This document shows, in pieces, positions 50,301 through 63,464 of a stretch of 64,000 nucleotides of DNA (positions within the stretch are counted from its first letter, which is position 1; each line of letters starts with the position of its first letter). The stretch is taken from contig OZ365113.1 in assembly GCA_977030845.1 (NCBI GenBank), positions 17,670,001 through 17,734,000 on the forward strand, read 5' to 3'. The DNA is from Fimbriosthenelais zetlandica (taxonomy: Eukaryota). Position numbers and translations under genes: made by a program. The notes under the pieces were generated by a model that was not told the origin of the DNA, ran no database searches, and saw only the letters and a program-made list of their open reading frames with translations.

Positions 50301-53300
50301 AATAGCACTCGTCATTTACATGTGAAATTAGGTCCTATAATGCACTTTGAAAGCTTTAAGCACAAGTCAAATTCTGTTATGCCAGTCTCTATGAAGTTAC
50401 TTCAAGTACTTAGTCCTAAAGTCTTGCAAAATTTTTCTTTAATTTTTGTTCCAAAACGTCGATTCTTCGTCAGTTGTTGTTGAGGGTAGTCATCTTGATA
50501 TATATATATTACTTGAGTCGGTGATGGATGTGATATGACTAAATTCCCAAAATGGAAATTCGTTAGACATATACTAAATACCAAATACTTCCATCATTCC
50601 ATCATTTCTCATGTAAAAGCCTCTGCTAATGCATCTGTTTACATTAATGATCATAATGGTCATGACACAGGCTCCTGGACACGAGGATTTTGGATAAAAT
50701 TAGGACATCATGAGCTATGTTGAAGCCAATAAAAACCTCATGTCAAATCTAATACCAACATGACATACCATGGTATCTGACAGCTCTATCTGTCATATAT
50801 TCCTCGAGGTATTTAATTCCAGATTCCCAGTCCTGAGATAATGAATCCCAGGAAGCTAATCAAACTAATAACCATATATATTTAAACTGGTATTGGGACT
50901 AGAAAACATCATTAAATCAAAGTTCTCGTCGAAATACCTACCTGTCCCGCTTATTAAATGCACATATAATCGGTAAACACAAGGAAGAACATGTTTGCAT
51001 GATACGTACCCCGCCTACATGAGGTTATTTGCGTATCCCCGCAACTAGCCATCATGGTATCAAATCATCCCTTGCTAAGTACATCCTGCAATTACCCTGA
51101 TGAAGTAAGCATCCTGAAGTTACTAGGTACACTGGAATAAGCCATGTCTGAACCATAATGAGATTCATTTATATATGACCCTATCTGACCCTGAGCTGGT
51201 GACTATAGAGAAATACCAAATCACCTGATGTCAGCCTATCATCTTTCCCTTTCATATTAACACATTTTATGGTTTTATTTGCAGGGGTTCTATCGCCGTC
51301 CGTCTAGAAGTCAATAATGGTTCTTTTAACCAATGTGCCATTGGTGAGAATTCAGGCTTGCCACTTTCACTCAAACACAAATGCAGATCTACAACGAAGG
51401 TATGTTATAAAATACAACATTTTATTAGCTCTGCCTTTTGAAAAGCATAGATAATTGTGTTGAACAAGATGTCGCCTTATTGAGCTAGGAAGACAGTGAA
51501 AGCATTTTACTGCTCAAAGTGGTATGGGTAGAAAAGAGCCCTTTCCTGCATGTATTCCTTCTGTAGTGACCAATTTAAGCTATACATGCATGCATATATA
51601 TCTATTCACTAATGCTATGAAAGCATATTCTAGCGCATCGTGTGTTTTGGGGTATAGAACCTATCATGTTGTGGCTTATTCAGACTTCTTCAGTCCATCA
51701 TCCTCAGGTTACTGCCTGTGGGTTCTAAGTGAGATTTTTTGCCCTGCTCCAAACAGTGTTTGCGAAATATTTTAGCTGAAAAACAGCCCGAGCCACAGTG
51801 AGCATTAATGAATAATGGAAACAATTTCTGACTGAACTACAGCTAGGATATGTAATAATCTGTCCTCCTGTGTATTGTATTGTTGTGTACATGTGACTAA
51901 TAGCTTAATCCTATCATGTCGTACATATGACATAAGAAGCCAATTGAGTTAAGCCGGCATATGTTGGTGGGTGGACGAGATGTAATACCATTTGTCCACC
52001 ACCCATATCGCTGGTGTTCCATTTCTGACGGTGCCAATTGCCCTAGGGACCCATATGCATATATCTATACTCTTGACTCAACCTGAGCCTAGAGCATGCC
52101 TGTGCATTCTTCCATAGGAGGGTGCATGACATGTGCATTAAAACCAAGGATGGCTTTTGGGTTTCGGTTGTAGGATACAACACAACCTTAAAGGATCGGT
52201 CTGTGAGCGTACCGAAAATAAAAGCTGTAGGCCTACAAGAATCCAACTTCTTGGTTTCATCCATGCAGGTTGGACAAGAAATAAATGTCTCAACCAAAGT
52301 GCAGAATCGTGCTGCTCCAATAGAAGCCCCGCATAGCCATTAATCGTTTTAGTTATAATAGAAGTCAGTGTTGTAAAAAAAATGGGAAGTCTTGCAGGGC
52401 AATTTGAATTAAAATGAATAGCCTGAAAAGCAACTGTATAATGCTTCATTGTGTATAATATTTTTGCAACTCGTTGATGGATGTCATATATAGTACTGTC
52501 CCCAGCTGTCATAGGACATGTTCGCCGTCATGAACTGCTGAAGGCTCTTACCACAGTCTCACTTCAGTCATGTCTCATCAGCTTTTCCTTTTCAGGATTT
52601 ATGGCAGGGTTATGTTTTCCCTTTTGTCGGCAGGCTTTTTATCATTAGGGTTAAGGTTTTCTTCCGGTTACATGCATAGCAATGGCGGTGTGTCTGAATG
52701 GTTCTTCCCTTGCGGTATATAGAGCTGTATGATTTATCATGGGGACACAGATGCTGGTAGTATGTTCACTAGTCAGTCAGTTGTAAGCTAGAACTGATAG
52801 CTACATACTCCGGAATATTCCCCTTTCAACAATGTTGAACTGAGGATCCGCTTTTTTATTGCAGACCTTGATATAGACTGTTAATCTGTATTCTGGCTTG
52901 GAGATAAATCAGGGTAATCCTCAAAAAGAATGAGAGTTTATAGGCTCTATTTCCCTTGTAGAGGAGGCAGGAGAAGGGGCGGAGGTAGGTTGACCATGAA
53001 GAATCATGTGATCCTGTGTCCAGCAGGAGGAAGGGGATGGAATGGGGAGATTTAAGGGCCGGGTGGGGAAGGGCGAGGGAGCTATAGTGTCCCTCCAAAA
53101 CAGAATGCCACATTTATCAAATTATTCTCTAAGAGCCCCCAAACCAGCTGCCTTCCCTTGAATTTTCTGCCCCACGATTCCAGGCTAGGGTTAAGTTAAG
53201 GTTAGAGTGGGTATTTGTAAAAGGGGTTTGGGGTTAGGTCTGTGTTATCTATTGTGTCGTTTTGACTGCTTGGAATGTGAAAGGCACTTAGTGATTGGTG

Positions 53301-56300
53301 ATTTGTGGTGAGTGGCTAGCAGCCTGGTTTCATTTTTGTCCATGCTCTCTCTCTCGCTCTGCCAGATATTAAAGGGTAGCTCACTGTGCCAATGAAAGTG
53401 CCATGAGGAATTATTACATCCAGAGTTATATTAGTGGATTTTATGTTTATACCTATCAGAATATATTCTGAAGGTCTCCCTCCCATGGCAGAGCTTAGTA
53501 GGGGATTGTGCCTCTCCCTTTCTGATTTATTATTGGTTCAGGAATCCCACTGTTCCTGTGCCTCTAGGCAGGGGATTTTATTTGGCCATCACATTCTCTG
53601 TTGTATTAGTTGCTAGTAAAACAAATCTACTTTTCAAGGAAAAATGAATGCATAGGCCTATTCATGATACATATCTGACTCAACCTAATGGGTAACATTT
53701 TGTAGATAATATATATCTGATCCCATTATAACTCAAAATATATAGAATTGATAGCATGATAGAATTAAGTTTCTTCTGTTTGAGCTATGGAAGGACGTAC
53801 GTTCATTGTTGCTGGTGTTCTGTTCCTTTTAATTGTTTACACTAACAGCGATGGCCTACACTCACTGCTGGTACAACTGTTGATGTTCATTGTAACATGT
53901 GACTTCCAATCCTCCAAGCCCTCCTTCGGTCAGAAGGCTTTAGTGAGCTTAGGGGATGAGTTGGTCATGAGTCGATTAAGGAAGGTAATGGCTTCAACCA
54001 CACGATGTAGGTCTATCAGTCAGTTTATGAGAAATAGATGGTAATTGTTCAGCCCCGGACTTTCCTACTGGCCAGTTTTCAACCAACAGTCAATATAGCC
54101 CAGAAGGATGAACGTACTTTCGATATGAGGAAAAAAGATCCCAGATGGTATCAGTGCATTCCATCGTCCCGCAGCACTAGATAATCTTCCTTATCATTGT
54201 GTACTTGGTTGGAAGTTTTCATAAACTGAAGGCTGGTCCCCTGAGATTTAGACCCTCCTTGATAATCTCTCTTGACAATGGCACATTCATATATCAGGCG
54301 TCGTGGACTTTGAAGTAAATCCTCAGATTTATCTCGAAGACTGGTCATTTTTATTACCCGGACCCCTAAATTCCCGAAGGCAGAATGATGTCTGGTCTGT
54401 AATCCCCTTCTATATGACATTGTAAAAACTGAAGATGGCATAAATGATTATATATAATCGTCCACGGCATAGAGCACAAGCTCCTAGCTTCAACATACAG
54501 ACCCTGTATGGCTAGCTTAATTTCAGTCCTAAACTATGGACCTCTCCATTATGCTGATTTGAATGCACGAATGGATTCAATAAATGTCAACACCTATACA
54601 TTCCAGTAGTCTTCTAGACAGAATGTAAAGAAAGTGTGAAGCAATTGCAACATGGCAAATACTGTCTTAGGAACATTGAATTTCATCAATCTTTCCTGTT
54701 TTTTTTTGTCCCCGGCTCTTGTCCCGTTTTCCTGTATAAGGCAGCAATATATAATAATCCAACTGAATGTAATTATTTATTTTTCTGTTTTCAGTGTGTT
54801 CACATTCCTACAAATGAGAAAGGCTTTGTGTTGGGATCCTATAAATGTGTCTGCAGTGAAGGAACTACTTACCCAAGTGATATTACTGACAACAACAACA
54901 CCACACGCTTTTTCACTGGTCTCATTATGGAGAAAATGTATTACAACTACCTGATAGGTACAGACTTAACCTATGAGACATCTTTTCAATGTCATCAATG
55001 TGATAAGGTCTGTTCGTGGCCCTTGTGTCTTGACCATATATCCTGTGCCATGCATTATGGATTGTTATACCGGCTACCAATATTAATCATTACCACCATA
55101 GCTCTACTTGGTGTGATTGTACTCATGGGGATGGTATGTAAATATAGGAATGAGAAGGTGAGTTTAATAGTTTTAATTCATGAATATAATTATAGATTCA
55201 TTGTTAAAGCCAGTAAAGCTGCAAGAGATAATTATGTGGACGATTTGCACATGTCTTACTACAATTTAACCCTGGAATGGGTCTAAATGAGGAAAGTGGA
55301 AAAGGTAGTAGGTTTTAACTATACCCAGTAAAGTAGGCAGTATTATTTTCTCATGGGAGAGTATTAATGTGTTGGCTGCCCCTTATTTTCATTTATGTTT
55401 TTTTCAGATTATGAAGGCTTCCTCCCCTGGGCTTTTACTTATCACTTTGTTAGGATCTCTTCTTCTGTACAGCGAAGTAAGTACTTTTTATACGACCTTT
55501 TTATGTTCAAAACGAAAACTATAATTATGTGCACCATGTTCATGTATGTTTTGGTACCGAAGATTTAGAATTGTAACTTCCATTTGTTTATTACATTTTA
55601 CATGTAGATCCGGATTTTAGTCACGATGTGGGGAATAGTTCATATCGCAAACATAATTTCAAGAAAACTCCACAACGCTAGTGTCAGAAATTATCTTTCT
55701 AAACCAGAAGCCTTTCTGGCTGACTTTCTGCTCGGTTAAGATGAGAGCCCTCCTGAGTAATCCAGGTCTTTGACAGCCTGGCAGTGCAGAGCATGCAAAT
55801 CTCATTATTCCACCCAGAAGAGTCTGGTCCTGCAAAAGGTTCATCATTTTAATTGGAGTCACCCGACCACAAGTAGTGAATTTCCCCATGTCCCTCAATT
55901 CGATCTTTACCTCGCTTGTATCTCCGTGCATGCTTAAGTTCGCTCTAGCGGCGTGTTCAATTTCTTTACTCACTTCCATCAAATCCTCTAGTGGACACCC
56001 TGTCTTTGCAGACCGGGTCATATTCCAGTGTCTTGAAGCACACATCTAAAACCTTGTGTGATTTCCATACGCTTGTCTTGCATTTAAGAGTTCTATCTTG
56101 TACACATTTGTTCCCCAAGGCAAAAGCCATTTCGTTGTCAAGAACATTCCATGGGAGCAGTTTTGTTTCTTCTTGAAGGTTGACATGCAAGTACAGCATC
56201 AATTGGTCCTTTTGCTAATTTCTGCTTAGCACTTTACTGGTCCTTCCACAACACCCCAACCCACTGCTCTCAGTTCCCATAGGAGTTTGGTTGTCAGTTG

Positions 56301-59300
56301 ACCCAGCTCTTTAGATTTTTCAGGCATGGCCTTTGCGTGTCTGATAGATAGTCCTGACTTTTTGCTGGAACCTGATCCACGTCCCTCCCAGGATATTCCA
56401 GAAATCTCCATGTTTGCAACCTCTTGCGTGATGGGAGATTTCTTTTTCACAGAAAATAATTATGGAGTGAAATTCCATTTTGCAAAGCCATTTAAGTAGG
56501 AACTAAGCCTACATAGGGACCCCTACATAATGCCTCCTTAGGGCCAGTTTGATTTATGTTTTGAAGAAGATCGTATTTTACCCATGTAATGAAAACTGAT
56601 GCCTTTTCTCATTTCAGATCATCGTCACATCTTGTAGCGTCTCCAATTTCAGGTGCATGTTGCAACCATGGATGAGGCACATTGGATTTTCTCTTGCCTA
56701 TGGTGGGCTCTTATTCAAAACGTGGAGGTAAGGGACTATATATAATTCTGTTCGCAATCTGACATTTTACATATAGTGCCAACATTACTGGCAAATCACC
56801 CTGAAAGAAAGGCTTCCACACCTGTTTCTTTGCCCAGTTTATATGGGAATATATGTAGGAAAGGGCATATCTGCCATATTTATTGTCGGGGAACTGGGTA
56901 TTTCTAACTGTGATGAAACAATTTCTTGGGTCACACGGGACATTAAAAATGCATATATCTGCTTTGCATGCTATTGCTGTAGCTAGGGCATTCAGCAATT
57001 GACTCCATCACATATCCATATACATCACATATGTATACGCTGATCTACTGTCGACTTATAATCCCAGACATAAATTATCTATTCTTAAATGATCGATATT
57101 TCTGCTCCTCGCCAAAAATTGACATTTTTATGAACAGGAACAAAATTAGTACGAAATATTAGTGTGATACATGCTTTGATACAGATGGAAATCGATCATT
57201 CTTGATTGTCTTTCTGATTGCTGGCCATCACGTTATTAATTAAATAATATCAACGGCTGTATTGAAGTTCTTTCAATTTCAGGATCTCAGTTATCATGAG
57301 AGTGTTCAAATCTCGGGCCTTCAAGACACGTAACTCAGAGTTGTACAAAAAGCTCACATTTCTTACCACTCTCTGGGTGATCTATTTGACACTGTGGACT
57401 GTTGTGGAGCCAGTTCGTCCAGTTTCAGCTTTCGGGGACGGTGTTCTCTGTAGCTTAACAGCCTGGGATTTTGTAGGATATGGAGGTGAGTGTGACGCTA
57501 TCCCGAATTGAATCATGAGCCTAATTGTTGTGTTGGTGTTAATGCCATTGCCTGTGTTGTTATAATACATGAGCTGTCACTCGCATACGGAGTAATTGAG
57601 AAAGACTATTTTAAATACAAGACAAGGATTGTAAAAGTATCAGCCGAATCACAGATAATATACTGGTTATGGAGAAGTTGTAAAATGGTGCTCATATATC
57701 TGGTCTAATTAAAATTGGATCTTTTGTAGATTTACTCTGGGCAGAATGTTTTAGCCTGCCTCTTGTTTAGTGTGATTTCTCTGTAACCCGTCTCTGTTCT
57801 TTTAAATTAATCACTGGATTGAGCCTTCCGGTTGTCTGGAGTATTGTCTTTCATTTATCTATTTATCAAACTAATAGACATAATTAAGTCTTCATCAATC
57901 CCGTATTCAATGTAAATTTGCATCAGCTTGATGATATCAAGTCGAGGATGATTGTTGTTTGTGATTCATTAGGAAAGGATTAGGAATCATCATTTTTGAG
58001 GGATTACGAAGAATAACGAATGAACAAAGCTTTCAAATGAAATTGGAACTGAAAGGCTTTATTCTAATTCCTGATACTGCAGATAGGGACTTGAGAATAG
58101 ATTATAATTATCATGATCAAGTATCACACAACGAAATCATTCTTTTATGTTTAGCGGAATGAATAATGTTAATAGTCCTCCCTATACAGTCGTGCTTAGG
58201 ATGTAAATTGTCACACAGAAATATTGTCCTACATGCAGGACAACTTTGATAATGTCAAAGCAGCTTGAATTATATTATATATTCTATGGTTTATGACCTC
58301 TATTGCGTCTGTTTGAGTGGTGTTCTTAAGTAAACTGTTAATATGTTTATAATGACAGGTGAGATGATCCTCCTGGTATGGGGAGCCAGTCTTTGTTATC
58401 AGGCACGGAAGGCACCTCATCTTTACAATGAAACCAGACAGGTCAGCTACGCCTTATGGAATGAGGGAATTTGGGAAATATTCTTAGCACTTTCAAGGTG
58501 AGATATTTTTAATTACATAACAATTATTCCAAATTTTACAACACATTCTCCACAAATACTGTAATAATTGTTGGTTTTGATTTTGCAGGTTCCTCCTACA
58601 TGGCAACCCAGATCCAAATATGATTCTTTTAGTACAGTTCCTACGAACAATGTTAACCGTCACACCAATGCTAATATTAATCTTCATGTCAAAGGTATTT
58701 GGTTCAATAACTCCACACCCGATAATTCACTGTATTTTAATGGATCATGAACACTATAGATGTGGTCCATAATTTCTTGATAATATGACTTTATTTCGCT
58801 TATTCGGATAATTGGTTTCACATATTGTAAATTCCTGCAATCATTCATTGCCCAAAACCCTTCCCCTAGATGGAAATGGAAAGTGCTTCAAGCCAAGTTC
58901 CATAGAAGCATGAGTAAAAATTTAATTGCTGAGGCTGAAACTAGAGCCTATAAATCATTAAAATAAAATCAAAAGTTACAAGCAACGTGAAATTGGGACT
59001 AATTTTATAGTTAGCCTAATACCATTTGGTTTCTCCCAAAAGGCGGTGGAGTCATTCCACTAATGTTAGTTGTTCTATTACTGTAAACCATTTGAAGCAT
59101 AAATGATCGGTCTACATCACTGGATTTGACCATGCAGTTGCAAGGGAAAATCCTGTCCAAATCGTTACTGACTCACCATTCAAGACTTAATTATCGTTAT
59201 CAGCTTCAGTGTGTTTTTAAGACCAGTCAAGTGTGCTAGACTGACAATAGTGATGGCATCGTAATAACTAGGGAACTGGTCAAATTTATTTGCGTTATCT

Positions 59301-60923
59301 AATAGGCTTATTCGCCTCCTGTAGTTTCGATATTACCAATAAGTGGGTAACTTTCTAATTAAAAATGCCCACGTAGAGTGCATGGCCTACTTTACATTAA
59401 TTCCTCCGCTATATCGATTTTGTTTCCTCATGAATCATTATATAAACGAGGTATTATAAAGAATTATAAAACCAATACGAGCCCAAAGCAGAAAAAGCCA
59501 GTCTATAAATTAATGTACGTTCCCCTGATTAAAATCCCTCATGTTTTTTCGGTAACTGATTATTGATCATATATTGGGTTTTCAGTTTCTCATCATGTTC
59601 CGCAAGGTCCGCCAAGTTCATGGTACATTAACCGATGTCTATGGGTCAAAAAGGGTTCACCGCTTATCACTGATGGTCAACAAACAAGGCGAGATCAAGA
59701 CCATTTACTGCACCCCTTGTGGGCCTCTGGCCTATCTCAACCAATCAGAGGAGTCTGATTCAACTTCTCGTGAACCCAATAAGCAAAATGTGAAGGAGGA
59801 CGAATATAGCAAGGTTAGAGAGACACAGTAGCGTTCTTACACTGTTGACTGTATAGATACAATGTTTAGGCTTACTTGCATAAACTTATCCATGTATTTC
59901 ATGTTTACAATTCCTGGCTGAATACTTGTAGTGATAGAGTTTAGACTAAATTGCTTTAATTAAATTTTGATTAAATTTTCTGGTGAGGAATCTTAGAGAC
60001 ACCCTTATCAAAATCCTCTCTTGACAAATCTAAACTATACAAAACTGAGATAAACTTCTTAAAAATACCTACTGGTAATTCTCCTAAATCTGTTTCAGGC
60101 TGAGGTCGACAGTCTGATTGAGTTGGTATCCCGTTTGAAAAGTGAGAGGGCTTTGTATAAAATCCAAGTGAAGAGACTCCTTCAACTTTTACACTCTTCC
60201 AAGCACAGGCCTAATGGGCTCTCACCCTCCCTCGTTGCAGAGGACCCAGATGGATGTAATAGTCAAGTACTTGATCTCGCTACGGGTGACATCAGTTACC
60301 CTGAATGTCCTCCCAATGACGTTTCTGAAGAAGATTTTGAAAAAACTCGCTATTTTCAATGTTCAACCTCCGCAGGTCCTCGAAGCAGTCATGCAAGTAC
60401 TGTAACAACCTTAGTGTCCTCGTCAACACCAGATGACACAAGTTTAACAGAGTCCCGGCTTGACTGCCCTCTGCCTTCAGCAGAAACCACTGTCCTACCC
60501 CATTCATTGGAGCCATGTGGAGAGTCTTCACCCTGTAAAAACTGTCACAAGTCATCAGGTTCTTCATCCACCAATAGTATCAGCCGCTATGCCCTCACTG
60601 TCCTCACACGGAAACTCGCCCAGAATCATGTCATTGGTAAGACAGTACCTCTTGAGCCAGACATAGAGGATTTCCCACAGGTGCTTTATAGCCACGACGA
60701 GACATGCAACAATAACCAATTGTACATGAAAGATTATATTCCAACTGTCTATGGCAATTTCTGTGATACTTTACTTAGTCAACAAAACCGAGAACTCCAG
60801 GAGATGGTACCCACCACTGCAGGTGTCCATAGAAGAACATCATCATCAGCATCTAGTGAATCAGTTGGTCTTAGACCTATCAGAGACTCTTCTGAGAAAT
60901 TGAACTTCATTATGTATATTTAA
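47336..60923 (+). CDS. GPR158/GPR179-like class C orphan GPCR. Exons 47336-48093, 51285-51399, 54795-55157, 55408-55476, 56618-56727, 57283-57485, 58359-58497, 58589-58694, 59586-59813, 60099-60923
   Basis: Signal peptide after GCCATGG; NQC...HKC...CVHIP..KGFVLGSYKCVC EGF-like segment; 7TM with IMKASSPGLL, WMRHIGFSLAYGGLLFKTWRI, WGASLCY..RKAP..YNETR; C-terminal coiled-coil-like segment and Ser-rich tail; phases are consistent. Confidence 0.9.
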
Positions 60924-61530
60924 AAGTACCGGTAGGCCTTCACACTTTTGAAACAATGTGTTCAAATACGCCTGAATTTGTTCACACACTAACGTTATAC
61001 ACTCGTTGAAGAGGAAATTAGGCTAATTATAGATGAATTTCAGAAGCTAGAAAATTCTGTATAATTATAAATACAGGCGAATATCTACTGAGGCTTCTTG
61101 GTCGTATTCTGGAACATACTAGTAGGCCTATAATAGTTTAAATGGACTGAGGAAGGATCAGAATCGGGGCCCACCGACCCACACTATATAGGTTACAACC
61201 ATGCGAAAGGATCTGAGAAATCTCATGAGGGTGAATAGGCCTATTTTAATCTTTGGCAATGTATACTTTTTTCTTCTTTTTTCTTTATACCTATTTTCAG
61301 CAACCAGAATTTATAGTATTAGGCCTGACTTTTTCTTAATGTATTTTTATTTCAGTTTCAAGACAGATAATAGGCCTATCAAGACTACCAATAGGCCTAC
61401 CATACACATCTACTGGTACTGGCACCGGTTTTCAATAAACAAAACATGTGTACCGGTATTTTTTATTTAATTTTTATTTATAAAGGCCTATAAACAATAT
61501 AGCCTTGCCGAGGGATGTACATGCTTATAA

Positions 61531-61542
61531 AATGACGTCATT
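61531..61542. promoter_or_regulatory. Perfect palindromic CRE/ATF site AATGACGTCATT upstream of PSMG4
   Basis: Direct reading; consensus TGACGTCA at 61533-61540. Confidence 0.45.
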
Positions 61543-61548
61543 CAAAGC

Positions 61549-61893
61549 AGACATCTATAGCAAAGACATCTCTATGTCTATGATCTATAGCAAAGGTGCC
61601 TGGTGCCATCGGGCGGCAAAGTTGTGGGTGGAATCACCTGGTGGGGAATAGGGGTACTAGGTTTTACTAGTTTAGCGCCCATACAGGTAGTCCATCTAGC
61701 GGTCCCCCACGCCACTCGCTCGCTCCCTATTCGTAGACGGAGTATCTGTCCCGGTGTAGAGGCTATTCCGGGAGGACGAGGCTTGTTTACAGGCTACCTA
61801 TTCGCGGCGAGGCAGCCCTCAAGCGGACGGGAGTGGTACTACAGTCTACCATACAGGCGGCTCTCGCTTGCTAGTTTTCTTTGCCATAACATC
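61549..61893. other. GC-rich non-coding block with imperfect terminal inverted repeats and internal complementarity
   Basis: TCTATAGCAAAG twice on the left and CTTTGCCATAAC on the right; CpG-rich in an AT-rich context; class undetermined. Confidence 0.4.
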
Positions 61894-62157
61894 ACTCTAC
61901 CATGATAAAGAAACACCGGCGCTTTAGCACGCATCCACGTTTTTCTGAGTGATTTTTAACATTGATCCTTTTACAAGGCCACACTCTGGACAGTGGCAGA
62001 GCGACTGGAGCGCCACTGTGCGGAGTGTGTTGCAAGGCCAATCTCATGAACGGTATCATTTTGGCTGTAAGCTAGACATGAGATCACAGGAAGCCTCTAT
62101 TATCGCTCATGCCATGTTTACATCCATGAGTCTCTACCGGTAACGAATTTATGAAAA

Positions 62158-63039
62158 ATGTCAGATACACAGGTCAAACAACCATCTATTAAGATCCACA
62201 ACTTTTCTGATAAACTTGTGGACACAACAATCCATTTCCATGTGATGAAAATGCAGGACAGTCTGTATTTGTGGATTGGAAAGGACTACAAACTTGGTAA
62301 TTTGGCCGTGGCGATGACCACCAAATATGTAAGTACCGGTACCATAGCCATAGGCTACCCTAAATATTGCCCTAGCTGAAAATCTCATAAGATATAACCC
62401 CCAGGCTGACATTTGCCTAATACCTTACTGTTGAAATCAAATTCATTGTGCTCACTGACTAGGCCCTAGGTTCATAGGCTAGGTTGAGGACTAGGCCTAC
62501 CAGTAGGCCAAGGCTTTCACCAAATTAATGCAATAACGTAAGTGTCAAAACACAGCGTAAAATTTTACATAATTATTACGGTATGTCCATGGGTTCTCAT
62601 GTCATGAGATCACAAATCTAACAATAATTATTTATCATAAATTTATTCCATATATTTCAGTCCTCGATGCCAGCAGGGAATGTCCTTCTAAGTGATGCAT
62701 CCAATGAGACATCCTTATCTCTATCACAAAAGCTAGGTAAGCTACGCAAGCCTATGGTTGTAGGCCTACAATATATTTCATAGCATAAGTCCTACTCAAA
62801 ATGAATAAATACACAAATAATAATTATTTAGCTACGGTACACGTTACCCGGTATGGGATATAGGCCTACTGTCGTGTGATCTGAATTATTTTGTAAAGAG
62901 GTCTTTTATTTTTTTTTTAGCTAAAAGAACAAAGAAGCAGGTATTTGTCAGCAGCAGTCTCCCGCCAGACAGTTATCTCGTACCCCTCGTAGAAAAGAGA
63001 ATAATTGAAGAAATGATGTCTCAGGGCGACTTTTTCTGA
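62158..63039 (+). CDS. PSMG4: Proteasome assembly chaperone 4; exons 62158-62328, 62661-62736, 62921-63039
   Basis: IHNFSDKL....IHFHVMKMQDSLYLWIG....LGNLAVAM|...LL.D.S...S..L.QKL|AKRTKKQVFVS..L.....LV.LVEKRI.EEM matches PAC4. Confidence 0.95.
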
Positions 63040-63464
63040 ATTGTACAGAGTTGATGATAAATTATACAGACTGGGACCATATCATTTTGATATAGGAAGG
63101 TAGGCCTATATATGATTGCCACACATTTTTTCGAAACTCAGAATTATGGTAGGGCCTACTCGGTACCAAGGATAGGCCTTGGATGTGTAACGTTAGTTCA
63201 TATATTATCCATGTTATTCATTGAATAATTGAGTCAAAATATGATTCTAGACCTCATACCTAGGAATCAGGAATGACAATGGAAATAATAATGATTATAA
63301 ATGATATGATTCAGATACTCAATACATTATCATTTAAACTGGGCCTATGTATACAGTGTGACCTTAAAGAGTGTCTCCATAATTATTGTGAATAAAATAT
63401 TTTACCACACAAATGTATACCGTGGTCTAATCATTGTACAATTGTATCGATGTTAGTCTAGGTG

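Noticed and set aside
61603-61905. 100-aa ORF in the GC-rich element
   Set aside because: GTG start, no homology, no splice sites; expected by chance in GC-rich DNA
61549-61920. Assignment as telomerase RNA, 7SK, 7SL, U3 or RNase P/MRP
   Set aside because: No CTAACCCTAA template, GATC stem motifs, SRP helix motif, C/D boxes or P4 consensus seen on either strand
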